Virus record (IMG/VR): IMGVR_UViG_3300030330_001819
Location: 1 to 25,697 of that record
Length of the DNA stretch: 25,697 bases
Reading direction: 5' to 3' (one strand)
DNA from: a virus
Lineage: Duplodnaviria > Caudoviricetes
In this document: piece after piece, positions 7,649 through 15,547 of the stretch
Layout of the letters: every line of letters begins with the position of its first letter
Position numbering within the stretch: position 1 is the first letter of the stretch
Made by a program: the position numbers and the translations under genes
The notes under the pieces: generated by a model
What the model saw: the letters and a program-made list of their open reading frames with translations, nothing else
Told to the model about the DNA's origin: nothing
Databases searched by the model: none

Positions 7649-8228
7649 CTTTTTCTCTGTTTTCGTCTTTGAACCAGACTCGACGCATCGTGCTTTTCCA
7701 GTCTTTTACTGTGTTGCCGAACTTGTCAAGCCATTGTCGCTCGCTATAATAGTCAAAAGCTCTTTCACCGATCTCTTTTCTGTATCCTTCACTCTTGAAG
7801 AAGGAAGTCACTTCCTCTTTCGTGGGGGTACGATTTGTACCCATAGTACGTCTATCAATAGAGATAGAAGAAGATATACTATGTATATGGGTACGTTTTG
7901 TACCCCCTTCTGAAAGATTTGTACCCCCTTCTGAACAAAATGTACCCAGCTTGTAAAAGGATCGAGTGTCGCCAGGAAGCGGAAGATGAGCCGGAGCTTT
8001 TACCAAAAATCCCCCCTCTACGAGCTTTCCGATCGCTCTCTTGATCGTAGGTCTGCTCCAGAAAGGAAACTCTTTCTCCCATGCTGTATTGGATCGATGT
8101 ATCCAATACTCGCCCCCGATCGATCTTTTCTCTTCGATCAACTTGGAGTGAATGTATCGACATCGACTCAGTATAACAGCGCAGGGAACTCCGAGCTCTT
8201 CCGCTTCTTTGTTATCAAACGTCTGCAT
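7620..8228 (-). CDS. Replication initiator (lambda-O/replisome-organiser-like; probable start ATG 8228)
   Basis: N-terminal winged-helix-like FPFWSRPTIKRAIGKLVEGGFL, internal DNA iterons, C-terminal PTKEEV...FDYY...VKDWKS; upstream of the DnaC-like gene. Confidence 0.8.
   Translation of the reverse strand: MQTFDNKEAEELGVPCAVILSRCRYIHSKLIEEKRSIGGEYWIHRSNTAWEKEFPFWSRPTIKRAIGKLVEGGFLVKAPAHLPLPGDTRSFYKLGTFCSEGGTNLSEGGTKRTHIHSISSSISIDRRTMGTNRTPTKEEVTSFFKSEGYRKEIGERAFDYYSERQWLDKFGNTVKDWKSTMRRVWFKDENREKDDSLRKYGI
7826..7947. repeat. Iteron array, probable replication origin
   Basis: TTTGTACCCCCTTCTGAA at 7897 and 7918; GTACCC at 7837, 7900, 7921 and 7942; GGGTAC-N5-GTACCC at 7826 and 7889 flanking an AT-rich tract. 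Confidence 0.8.
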
Positions 8229-8583
8229 GTATCCAGCCCTGTCTTTTGCAAAAGGCAGATGCAATATCGTATATATACTCGAGATCTGGATCAAACTTCC
8301 GATTTCTGATACGACGATATGCGTGAAGAACTGTCGCGTGATCTCTGCCGAAGTAGTCTCCGATACAGGCTAAAGTCTGCCCAGTGACTTCTTTGCAGAG
8401 CACCATAGCTGTTTGACGAGCTCGAACGACTTCCTGATTCCGATTCCTCTTGTACACATACGGCTTTATCACCAGCGTCGGAAAATGCATCTGTATCTCA
8501 TCGATGATCCCTTTCGCCACTTCTTCGACTGGTGGGCTCGTTTGTCGTCGACAGATCATGTAATGAATCTGCGCCCGGCTCAT
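8215..8583 (-). CDS. Stand-alone DnaA C-terminal (domain IV) DNA-binding protein
   Basis: RNQEVVRARQTAMVL...LACIGDYFGRDHATVLHAYRRI matches the DnaA domain IV signature. Confidence 0.85.
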   Translation of the reverse strand: MSRAQIHYMICRRQTSPPVEEVAKGIIDEIQMHFPTLVIKPYVYKRNRNQEVVRARQTAMVLCKEVTGQTLACIGDYFGRDHATVLHAYRRIRNRKFDPDLEYIYDIASAFCKRQGWIHADV

Positions 8584-9014
8584 TGCTCCCCGAGTTTGTC
8601 GCGCATCTTCTTGAATCGCTTTGCGAGACGATAGACAGCACTCAGATATTCATCCTCGCCCTCGGTGTAATTGTGCATCTCCCCGAGAGCACTGATACCC
8701 ATGTGAACAGCCCACGAATTCTCGATTCGTTTGATCGTTTCGGGATCAGTGTTCCCCCCTCTCGATCGTGGGCTTGCGCTCGGATCTTTATCAGTGATCG
8801 TCACTTTCGGAGTGCCGTTATGATCTCCGTACTGCTTGTACCAGACCTTATCTGCTTTCATCCATCGAGGAGAGTCGCTCTGCGCGTTTGCTTGTGCCGT
8901 CACTCCGTCGTCGAATGTCACGATGAAGGCATACATGAGCTGTGTATTCCCGTCGGGAAGTCTCTTGTTCCAGGTTCCGTCTCCTTGAACTTGGCTGATT
9001 TTGGCTGCTTTCAT
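8580..9014 (-). CDS. Putative ssDNA-binding/recombination protein, 144 aa
   Basis: Beta-rich N-terminal half, Gly/Ser linker, position in the replication module. Function is inferred. Confidence 0.5.
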   Translation of the reverse strand: MKAAKISQVQGDGTWNKRLPDGNTQLMYAFIVTFDDGVTAQANAQSDSPRWMKADKVWYKQYGDHNGTPKVTITDKDPSASPRSRGGNTDPETIKRIENSWAVHMGISALGEMHNYTEGEDEYLSAVYRLAKRFKKMRDKLGEQ

Positions 9015-9238
9015 AATTGGACTTTTGCGATTTTACAGAGAGTGATGAACTCCGACACTTTGAACTTTCGCCAGTCCTGCATTCGTCCCGATAAAGTCGA
9101 CGGAGCGAGTCCCATCTGTGACGCGAGCTGTGCCTGTGAGATACGTTGCTGCTTGATTTGATAACATGCTTCCATAAAGGCATGCTCGAGCTTGTGCGAT
9201 ACGCGCTCTGTGTTTGCTGAAACTGTAGTTTCTGACAT
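9011..9238 (-). CDS. XRE/Cro-like HTH regulator
   Basis: ISQAQLASQMGLAPSTLSGRM HTH pattern. Confidence 0.8.
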   Translation of the reverse strand: MSETTVSANTERVSHKLEHAFMEACYQIKQQRISQAQLASQMGLAPSTLSGRMQDWRKFKVSEFITLCKIAKVQL

Positions 9239-9256
9239 TGTGAATTGATTTGTGAT

Positions 9257-9520
9257 CTACGAAATTCCGATACTTTTTTTGAATTCTGACAGCTTCCGCT
9301 TCAGTTTTTCTTCCTCGCGCTTCTTGAAATCTTCGAATCTCGCTCGCTGGGATTCTCGATCCATGTAATCCTTTTTGAACTGGTCGAGCTTCTGGTCGTA
9401 GCTCTTCTTTCGATAGTCGCTTGATCGATAGCCCCCTTTGAGCATTTCCTTTTTTCCCGATCCGACGTAGACTCTGACAAACGAGCGTACTGCTTCATCT
9501 GTCCATTTGAACTGATTCAT
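9257..9520 (-). CDS. Hypothetical basic protein, 87 aa
   Basis: ORF with A-rich leader in the early operon. Confidence 0.7.
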   Translation of the reverse strand: MNQFKWTDEAVRSFVRVYVGSGKKEMLKGGYRSSDYRKKSYDQKLDQFKKDYMDRESQRARFEDFKKREEEKLKRKLSEFKKSIGIS

Positions 9521-9539
9521 ATCTGTGATTTTTAGTGAA

Positions 9540-9719
9540 TTACTTCCCGAGCATATCTTTGTACACTTGAGCAGTGTCGCGGCTGATATGGCTTGCGTAT
9601 CGAGTGATTTTATCCATCACTTCGAAATACTTCTCTGAAGGCATATGAGAGATGAGATCTTGACAGATCTCGGAGTAAAGCTGACGCGCTTTCTCGTACT
9701 CTGCGCTGAACGTGGGCAT
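9540..9719 (-). CDS. Hypothetical protein (probable start ATG 9719, 59 aa)
   Basis: MPTFSAEYEK... is preceded by an A-rich leader. The GTG at 9773 lies inside the predicted RNA structure. Confidence 0.65.
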   Translation of the reverse strand: MPTFSAEYEKARQLYSEICQDLISHMPSEKYFEVMDKITRYASHISRDTAQVYKDMLGK

Positions 9720-9742
9720 CTTGTTTTCTTGTATTGATTTTG

Positions 9743-9856
9743 AAAAAGCAAGAAGCGGAGAGTCGCGTATCACCTTCTTTCCCTGACTGTCACAGGCTAC
9801 GGTCGGTTGAGTTTTATGCCGGACTTACCGGGCACTCTCCTTTTCTTGCGTTTGTT
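9743..9856 (-). ncRNA. Candidate structured leader/small RNA
   Basis: 16-bp closing stem (9849-9834 with 9763-9748, two mismatches), two internal hairpins and a U5 tail, immediately after a consensus promoter. Confidence 0.55.
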
Positions 9857-9861
9857 TGATT

Positions 9862-9892
9862 CAAATATACAAGAAATATCGAGAAAGTCAAA
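9862..9892 (-). promoter_or_regulatory. Bacteroidota primary-sigma promoter (early)
   Basis: TTTG (9892-9889), 19 nt, TATATTTG (9869-9862): exact match to the TTTG-N19-21-TAnnTTTG consensus. Confidence 0.85.
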
Positions 9893-9914
9893 TACTTTTT
9901 TAGAAAAATGTAGA

Positions 9915-10751
9915 TCAGTGCGCTTCTTCTACTCCCGTCTTCCATTTTTTACGGGAGTATTCGCACCACCACCACCAGCCCCCGAGACGCGGCTGCGAGA
10001 AGCCCTTTTCGGTTTCCCATCCTCGAAAGCCGTCACCGAGCTTCTTATACGAGCCACAGCGGATGTGATGGACTGTGCTCTTCGTGACGTTCATCTTTGA
10101 ATTGATTCGCTCTGTCGTCACAGGCAGATGCCATTTCTGGTGATCGTGCCCGCGAAGGATGATGTCTGCGTCTGGAAACTGTGCTTGATCGATGTCCGCT
10201 TGAAGAACTCCTTTGCTGCGACGGGCATTCCCCCCGTATCCGTGATGATAGTGCATCATGAAGCTCTTCATCTCGGTCTTGTAGTAGAACTGCCAGCGCA
10301 TGTAGCCGGAGTATCCTCCGAGCTGTATCGGAGATCCGAGAGCTTGAAGTTCAGCGACGAGCCGCTTCGATGGGTCTGTATGCTGTCTCTTGCGGACGTT
10401 TGTCTCGTGATTACCTTGAGCGTAAACTGTGAGAAGGTCTTTATATGGCAGCAAGAAAGTCACTGCGTCAGCTATCACAGCATCGAAGTAATCCTGCTTG
10501 CGATATTCGGGGCGCAGCCCTCCGGGTAGCGTGTTTCGTGGATCATACTTCCCGCCCATCAGATCGAGAAAATCTCCGTTCAAGAATACTCTCGCATTTC
10601 TGCTCATCGCGAGATCGAGATGTTCTTTGAGCATCTCTCGATCACACTTCGCGGAGTCGTAATGTACATCTGACAAAAAGAGAACGTACTTGCGCTGTCC
10701 GATCTCGACGTTCTGACTCAGCGTGTAGTGATTACGACTGTGCTGCTGCAT
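9915..10751 (-). CDS. Calcineurin-like metallophosphoesterase
   Basis: All five motifs present: SDVH, GDFLD, GNHE, HHG and GHDH. Confidence 0.9.
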   Translation of the reverse strand: MQQHSRNHYTLSQNVEIGQRKYVLFLSDVHYDSAKCDREMLKEHLDLAMSRNARVFLNGDFLDLMGGKYDPRNTLPGGLRPEYRKQDYFDAVIADAVTFLLPYKDLLTVYAQGNHETNVRKRQHTDPSKRLVAELQALGSPIQLGGYSGYMRWQFYYKTEMKSFMMHYHHGYGGNARRSKGVLQADIDQAQFPDADIILRGHDHQKWHLPVTTERINSKMNVTKSTVHHIRCGSYKKLGDGFRGWETEKGFSQPRLGGWWWWCEYSRKKWKTGVEEAH

Positions 10752-10965
10752 GCTCGAAGAATGATAAACACAAAGGAGTAACTCCGATAGCGCACATCGT
10801 CACGGCTTCCCATGTGATACCATGAGACGCGATCTCAGTGCAAGCTGTCGCGACTATGACTGATCCGATCGTTCTCTTCGCGCTCCATCGCTTGAGATCT
10901 CCTTTCGTCTTGAAGATCTCTGTGATGTCGAGCTTCCCGAGAGCCGATAGAAGCTCACGCTTCAC
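10732..10965 (-). CDS. Small membrane protein, possible holin/lysis accessory, 77 aa
   Basis: WSAKRTIG followed by two hydrophobic stretches; lies in the lysis cluster. Confidence 0.6.
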   Translation of the reverse strand: MKRELLSALGKLDITEIFKTKGDLKRWSAKRTIGSVIVATACTEIASHGITWEAVTMCAIGVTPLCLSFFEHAAAQS

Positions 10966-11129
10966 AGCTTCTGTTCCTTGCGCTTGTCGCCAGTGATAGC
11001 CGTGATGAGCGTATCGAGCCAGCCGAAGACCTGGTTATCTTTCTCCGTCGGTGTGAGATTCACGACTACCTTGATAAATGCCATCAGAGCGATGAGGAGC
11101 TCTGCCCAGTTTTCAGTAATGAAGTCCAT
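10962..11129 (-). CDS. Small holin-like membrane protein, 55 aa (not in ORF track)
   Basis: MDFITENWAELLIALMAFIKVVVNLTPTEKDNQVFGWLDTLITAITGDKRKEQKL; GTGA overlap with the next gene. Confidence 0.7.
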   Translation of the reverse strand: MDFITENWAELLIALMAFIKVVVNLTPTEKDNQVFGWLDTLITAITGDKRKEQKL

Positions 11130-11139
11130 GTCTTTTCTT

Positions 11140-11325
11140 TTAGGTGTCAGGGGGAAGCTCCCCCTCTGTAATATAGTGCTTGATGAAGTAGTTCAGATAC
11201 TTCGAAACTTCGCGATCAGTTAACTCTTCGATCGGCTCTGCATCGATCAGATCCAGATACGACCAAAAAGCGAAGAGGAGCGTGTTCAACTGCTCTCTGA
11301 ACTGGATCGTGTTTATCTCGCTCAC
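11140..11325 (-). CDS. Hypothetical protein (probable GTG start 11325, 61 aa)
   Basis: GTG overlaps the amidase stop codon; the ORF fills the gap. Confidence 0.55.
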   Translation of the reverse strand: MSEINTIQFREQLNTLLFAFWSYLDLIDAEPIEELTDREVSKYLNYFIKHYITEGELPPDT

Positions 11326-11750
11326 TACATGAAGTCGGGAAATTTCTCCTCGACACTGAATGATGGACACGCTTTCGTGCTGAATTCATTGTGACCATGT
11401 AGCGAAGGATCATCGAAGACCATACAGAGAGCCGAATACAAAGCTCGAAAGCTGCGCTCCTGGGCTTCTGTCATCGTATCCTTCGGAGTCTTTCCGTCTT
11501 CCTCTACTCCTCCGACATAACAGATCCCAACGCTGTCTGCGTTATGACCTTTCGTGTGAGCTCCTGCGCGTGTGATAGGTCGTCCCCTTTCGATCGTTCC
11601 ATCAATACGAATCACGAAGTGATAACCGATGTCCGACCAGTTACGCGGGGGCGATGTGTGCCAGCGTTTTATTTGCTTTGCTGTGATATCCTGCCCTTCG
11701 CGAGTAGCGGAGCAGTGAAGGATCACTCTTCGGATTTCTCTCAGTTTCAT
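11325..11750 (-). CDS. Endolysin, N-acetylmuramoyl-L-alanine amidase (Amidase_2, T7-lysozyme-like)
   Basis: ILHCSAT, WSDIGYHFVI, GAHTKGHN, GICYVGG and GHNE...KACP Zn-amidase motifs. Confidence 0.95.
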   Translation of the reverse strand: MKLREIRRVILHCSATREGQDITAKQIKRWHTSPPRNWSDIGYHFVIRIDGTIERGRPITRAGAHTKGHNADSVGICYVGGVEEDGKTPKDTMTEAQERSFRALYSALCMVFDDPSLHGHNEFSTKACPSFSVEEKFPDFM

Positions 11751-11956
11751 TTGTCCATTCGGTTTCGAGCGAGAGCGAGCTTGATCTCTGTCGTGATTGT
11801 GACGAGCTCTTTCAGCGTTTGCTTCACTTCATCGTTCGACGCTTCAAGCTGAATCAGTCTCCCTTTCAGTTTTGCTACTTCTCCGTGAAGTTTCATATAG
11901 ACTCCCACGAGCCCTCCAGCCATCGTCACGAGTTCAAATAGTGTTAGTCCGCTCAT
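11747..11956 (-). CDS. Putative holin-like protein (N-terminal TM plus coiled coil), 69 aa
   Basis: Hydrophobic N-terminus and heptad C-terminus; coupled to the endolysin by ATGA. Confidence 0.55.
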   Translation of the reverse strand: MSGLTLFELVTMAGGLVGVYMKLHGEVAKLKGRLIQLEASNDEVKQTLKELVTITTEIKLALARNRMDK

Positions 11957-12093
11957 GATTCAAGGGCTTGAAGTCGCGTGTCGAGATCATTGATCGCTTC
12001 GATCAGCTCGTTAATTTTGTCTTTGAACTCGCGCGTTATGCCATACGCCTCGCGCTGGGCTTCGTCGACATCTGATATAGGTGCTACATACAT
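11953..12093 (-). CDS. Small coiled-coil protein, 46 aa (not in ORF track)
   Basis: MYVAPISDVDEAQREAYGITREFKDKINELIEAINDLDTRLQALES; ATGA overlap with the next gene. Confidence 0.65.
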   Translation of the reverse strand: MYVAPISDVDEAQREAYGITREFKDKINELIEAINDLDTRLQALES

Positions 12094-12095
12094 AG

Positions 12096-12623
12096 TTACG
12101 TCGCTTGGAAAGTCATTACAAGGTGAACGTCTCCGGGGGCAACACTTGCCGACTCAACACTGATATTGATGAGCTCGCCCTGTGAGATACTGGTTCCCGT
12201 AGGCGTGAAGGTTTGCGGTGTGCCCGCTGTGAAAGATATGTTCCCCGTCGTGTAAACGCTTGTCGATCCGTTTTTACTGACGACAGTTCGAACCGTAGTG
12301 CTTACACCGATCTGCATAGTCAAGCTGATGAGCTCGCAGTCCTCGGGCATCATTGCTTGCCCGTAGATTTGCAAACTGCTGGTATCGACATAATTACCAC
12401 GAAGGGCAATGTATCGCGCAGCACCAGTGTGCCCGACATTACTGCTTCCGAAGATTCGCCATTTATCCGCGCCTCCCCCGCTTGAAGGAAGATTCGAGAT
12501 TTGTAATTTTTTGCTCGTTCCATCTGGCCCGTCGGTCGTATCTGACGTATCTACGACAAGAAGTAGATCATCACTTGCGGGAGTTGTGAGCTCTGTTAAG
12601 CTGCTGACTTTTTTGTTCGGCAT
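12096..12623 (-). CDS. Putative virion fibre/decoration protein, 175 aa
   Basis: N-terminal KKVSSLTELTTPASDDLLLVVD segment of the kind seen in fibre proteins, GGG linker, Thr/Ser-rich beta C-domain. Confidence 0.55.
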   Translation of the reverse strand: MPNKKVSSLTELTTPASDDLLLVVDTSDTTDGPDGTSKKLQISNLPSSGGGADKWRIFGSSNVGHTGAARYIALRGNYVDTSSLQIYGQAMMPEDCELISLTMQIGVSTTVRTVVSKNGSTSVYTTGNISFTAGTPQTFTPTGTSISQGELINISVESASVAPGDVHLVMTFQAT

Positions 12624-12655
12624 AGACGTAACGCTTTAATAGGTACAGGTTGAGT

Positions 12656-13219
12656 TTAGATGTCGATCCCCGCGTCTCTGAGGAGCTGCTCTGCTTTTTT
12701 GCTGTCATATACGGTCGATAAATTCATTCCTCCAGTGTAGTTCCCCTGCTTGCGAGGAGTGAGATCGTCGTTCGTGTTCGTCGAATACTCAGGGAAGCTC
12801 GACTGATTGTGACAGATGTAGTCAATCATTCGCTCGCGATAGAACTCCCCGATCGATCTGCTTCGGTCGATCAGTCGCTTCATCTCGCCCTCTGACGCTG
12901 GAGAGCTCTGCTCGGAGCTCATCACGACGATACTGTTATTCACGATCCGCACTCTCAGGAACGGAAGCACTTCACAAAAAGCGAACTGCACGAGTGCGGG
13001 CTGAATGTAGTCATTCATCAGCGTCTGATACGCTCCCGACAGTGAGTCAGCGATGACATCTGTCTTCAGTTTATTGTACAGATCCGTTCCCAGGTACGGC
13101 CAGATCTCGCGATCTTGAGAGATCTGAATATATGGGTGCGCGATGTCTTGATCTATCGAGCCGTTCAAAGCTGTGTCTTTTATCAGCTTCGTGACAGAGA
13201 TGAAAAGTGCTTTCGCCAT
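12656..13219 (-). CDS. Putative head-tail adaptor/connector
   Basis: 187-aa helical protein directly after the portal (YLGTDLYNKL...YIQPALV). Confidence 0.6.
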   Translation of the reverse strand: MAKALFISVTKLIKDTALNGSIDQDIAHPYIQISQDREIWPYLGTDLYNKLKTDVIADSLSGAYQTLMNDYIQPALVQFAFCEVLPFLRVRIVNNSIVVMSSEQSSPASEGEMKRLIDRSRSIGEFYRERMIDYICHNQSSFPEYSTNTNDDLTPRKQGNYTGGMNLSTVYDSKKAEQLLRDAGIDI

Positions 13220-15141
13220 TATTGTGGGTTTAGATATCCGCGATTGGGCATGTCGATCGGAAGTACGCTCGGCTTTCCGGTTTTGTCTTTTCCGGGCAAT
13301 CCTCCGACGTTCGGTAATCGGTTAGCAGCGCGCTCGTCTACAGGGAGAGCACGAATAATTCTCTGAGCTTGATTGACGCTGATCTTCTCGTTATTCTCTT
13401 TCAGATACGTTTGTCTCTGGAAGTAGTGATGGCAATTCGGGCCGCCCTTGAATCGGAAGCAGTTATACGTTCGCCCCCCATTCGGACCGAATCCCGGATT
13501 TACGTCGAGATCTCGATCGATATCTTCGCGTCGATATACCTTGTTTGCAGCGATCATCTTCCGACAGAACTCACGGCTTTTGTCCGTGATTTGTCCAGCG
13601 TAAGCGTATCGCACCTTTATCAAAGGAGTGTCATCCTCACTATCCTCCTCCGAAGATGCATTTGGAGTCGTGGAAAACGCCCATAGCGCGTCATGAACCG
13701 ACTCTAAATCATAATCGACTTCTCTCTCATCTATAAGAACATACCCCTCTGGAGGATCTTCCCCCATCTCGATCAGTGCATCAGCGATCTCACTCGAAAG
13801 CTCGAAGTGATTGCATTTGTCCGAACACTTATTCGATGACAGCTCTTCGATCGCGCTCTCTTGTGGAGAGAACATCGCTTCTGCGATCTCTTTCGGGAAC
13901 TGGAGCATTTGCACCAGCATCGTGATCGCTGCTTCTCGCGTGAGCTCGCCCGCTGAGACGGCTGTGATAAGATCTTTCGCTGCGCTGATTTGGATGCCGT
14001 TATACGCTTGTGATCCTTTGCCCCCTGCGAGATCGATAAAGTCAGCCGGAGCTGTCGCGGGGATAGTAACCTTCAGCGGCTGCTCTGAGACGCTTAGAAT
14101 AGTCTCTACAGCGTTTGTAATCAGTCGCTGATATCCTTGTATCACTGTCGTGTAGAAGAGCGAATATGAGTCTCGTAATTCGTCCGCATTATTCCCGAAT
14201 CCGGTTCCGTCTCCCTTCACTCCAAAAAGCAGAGGAGAAGTCACTCGGTGTCCGCTGAGGATCTTGTTCGAGAGCTCATCACTGAGATACTGGAACATGT
14301 CCGCGTTCGAGTTCGATTGAAGGGGAGTGAAGTCGGGAGCTTGATCGGGCCCGTCATTGAAAGTCAAGATCAGCTTTGACGCTGCTTCTGGGCCCGTGAA
14401 CTTCTGCTTGATCTTACGCTCGATCGCTTCGCGCTCCTCGTCTGTCGGAACTCCATTCTTGAAGCCGATGTGCCAGCCCGGGAACATCCCGCTTTTGATC
14501 GAGTTCAAGTGAAAAGACGAGATCTGACGATCAAGTTCGATGTAGTTCGTCGATCCGATGTAGTCAGGTAGCCCGTAAAACTCAAAGGAAGGAGCGTGTC
14601 GCTTCACTTGCATGATCGTTTTCGGGCTGGTTCGATCGGTCAAGCTGAATGCTTTGTACGCTTGATGTTTTTCGCTTTTGTCGCTCCAGTCGTAACAGTA
14701 GTAAAAAGTGTCGACTTTACCTTCTTCATTGAGCAGCCCCGATCGGATAGATCGAACGGGTACATGTTCGACTTTGGCGATCTTGGTGCGAGCTTGATTC
14801 CAGATCACGCACCAGTAGAACTGTCCGTATAGCTTGAGATCGAGAGCCGTCTTGTAAGTGATCTCCTCCCCGAAAAGATCGTTCAAGCGAAGCCATGCTT
14901 CCTTTGACGCATCGTTTCTGTCCCATTCATCCGAGTACGGCCCATCTCCTCGGATCATGTCGGTCACTCCGTTGATGATCGCGTTATGAATTGAGCTCGT
15001 GTAATACAGCTCTTCGAGATACGTCGCGTACTGGTCATCTGCTCCGTATGTGATCCATTTTGCGCCCCGCTTCTCTTCGAATTGCGGGAGCTCATACGGG
15101 CTCGTGTTCAAGACGCTGAAATCAATCTTTCGCGTAGACAT
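13219..15141 (-). CDS. Portal protein with C-terminal head-morphogenesis(MuF)-like extension
   Basis: Portal-like N-terminal ~370 aa (DLKLYGQFY, FYGLPDY, ILSGHRVTSPLLFG) and C-terminal RYAY...SREFC...GGPNCHHYF. Confidence 0.8.
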   Translation of the reverse strand: MSTRKIDFSVLNTSPYELPQFEEKRGAKWITYGADDQYATYLEELYYTSSIHNAIINGVTDMIRGDGPYSDEWDRNDASKEAWLRLNDLFGEEITYKTALDLKLYGQFYWCVIWNQARTKIAKVEHVPVRSIRSGLLNEEGKVDTFYYCYDWSDKSEKHQAYKAFSLTDRTSPKTIMQVKRHAPSFEFYGLPDYIGSTNYIELDRQISSFHLNSIKSGMFPGWHIGFKNGVPTDEEREAIERKIKQKFTGPEAASKLILTFNDGPDQAPDFTPLQSNSNADMFQYLSDELSNKILSGHRVTSPLLFGVKGDGTGFGNNADELRDSYSLFYTTVIQGYQRLITNAVETILSVSEQPLKVTIPATAPADFIDLAGGKGSQAYNGIQISAAKDLITAVSAGELTREAAITMLVQMLQFPKEIAEAMFSPQESAIEELSSNKCSDKCNHFELSSEIADALIEMGEDPPEGYVLIDEREVDYDLESVHDALWAFSTTPNASSEEDSEDDTPLIKVRYAYAGQITDKSREFCRKMIAANKVYRREDIDRDLDVNPGFGPNGGRTYNCFRFKGGPNCHHYFQRQTYLKENNEKISVNQAQRIIRALPVDERAANRLPNVGGLPGKDKTGKPSVLPIDMPNRGYLNPQ

Positions 15142-15547
15142 AGTCGGTCTGTGTTGGGTTGTATGCTGTGTATGTGCTCTCTTGGTACGCTGTCGAAGTA
15201 TCTCGGATGTAGGACATCCCCTCTTCGATGATACCTATCACAGAAGAATCAGCGGGATCGAGATTCGATGCGCTGGTTTGCTCCCATATAGTATAGTCGT
15301 AAAAGCCCTCCGGGAACTGAGGAGTGTTCAGCATGATATCTCCCACAGCAGGAGCATCAGCAGAGCCCTCACGAATCGTCAGAGTGTCTTTTCTTGCGTC
15401 GTGAGCGCGGCTTCTTGGCAGGAGAAGAATCGCTTTGCTCGTCGCCTGACAAGTCAGCCGAATCAGCGTGTAATTGCTCGCGCTGCTCATCTTCTCCATC
15501 AGAGTGAGATATACTGTGTTCAGCGTTCCTTTTTGAAGCTGTATCAT
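15122..15547 (-). CDS. Hypothetical virion-associated protein, 141 aa
   Basis: GFYDYTIWEQTSASNLDP segment; lies between tail tube and portal. Confidence 0.7.
   Translation of the reverse strand: MIQLQKGTLNTVYLTLMEKMSSASNYTLIRLTCQATSKAILLLPRSRAHDARKDTLTIREGSADAPAVGDIMLNTPQFPEGFYDYTIWEQTSASNLDPADSSVIGIIEEGMSYIRDTSTAYQESTYTAYNPTQTDYVYAKD

Noticed and set aside
7897-7947. Direct repeats as a mini-CRISPR array
   Set aside because: The period is 21 bp with only 3-nt gaps, the repeats lie inside a coding gene, and there are no cas genes; iterons fit better.
9743-9856. tRNA, SRP RNA or hammerhead identity for the early structured RNA
   Set aside because: No cloverleaf or TTC loop, no SRP helix-8 motif and no CUGANGA core on the minus strand.
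9805-12657. Shared 10-mer GGTTGAGTTT at 9805-9814 and 12648-12657
   Set aside because: Only two copies of 10 nt, which is compatible with chance in 25 kb.
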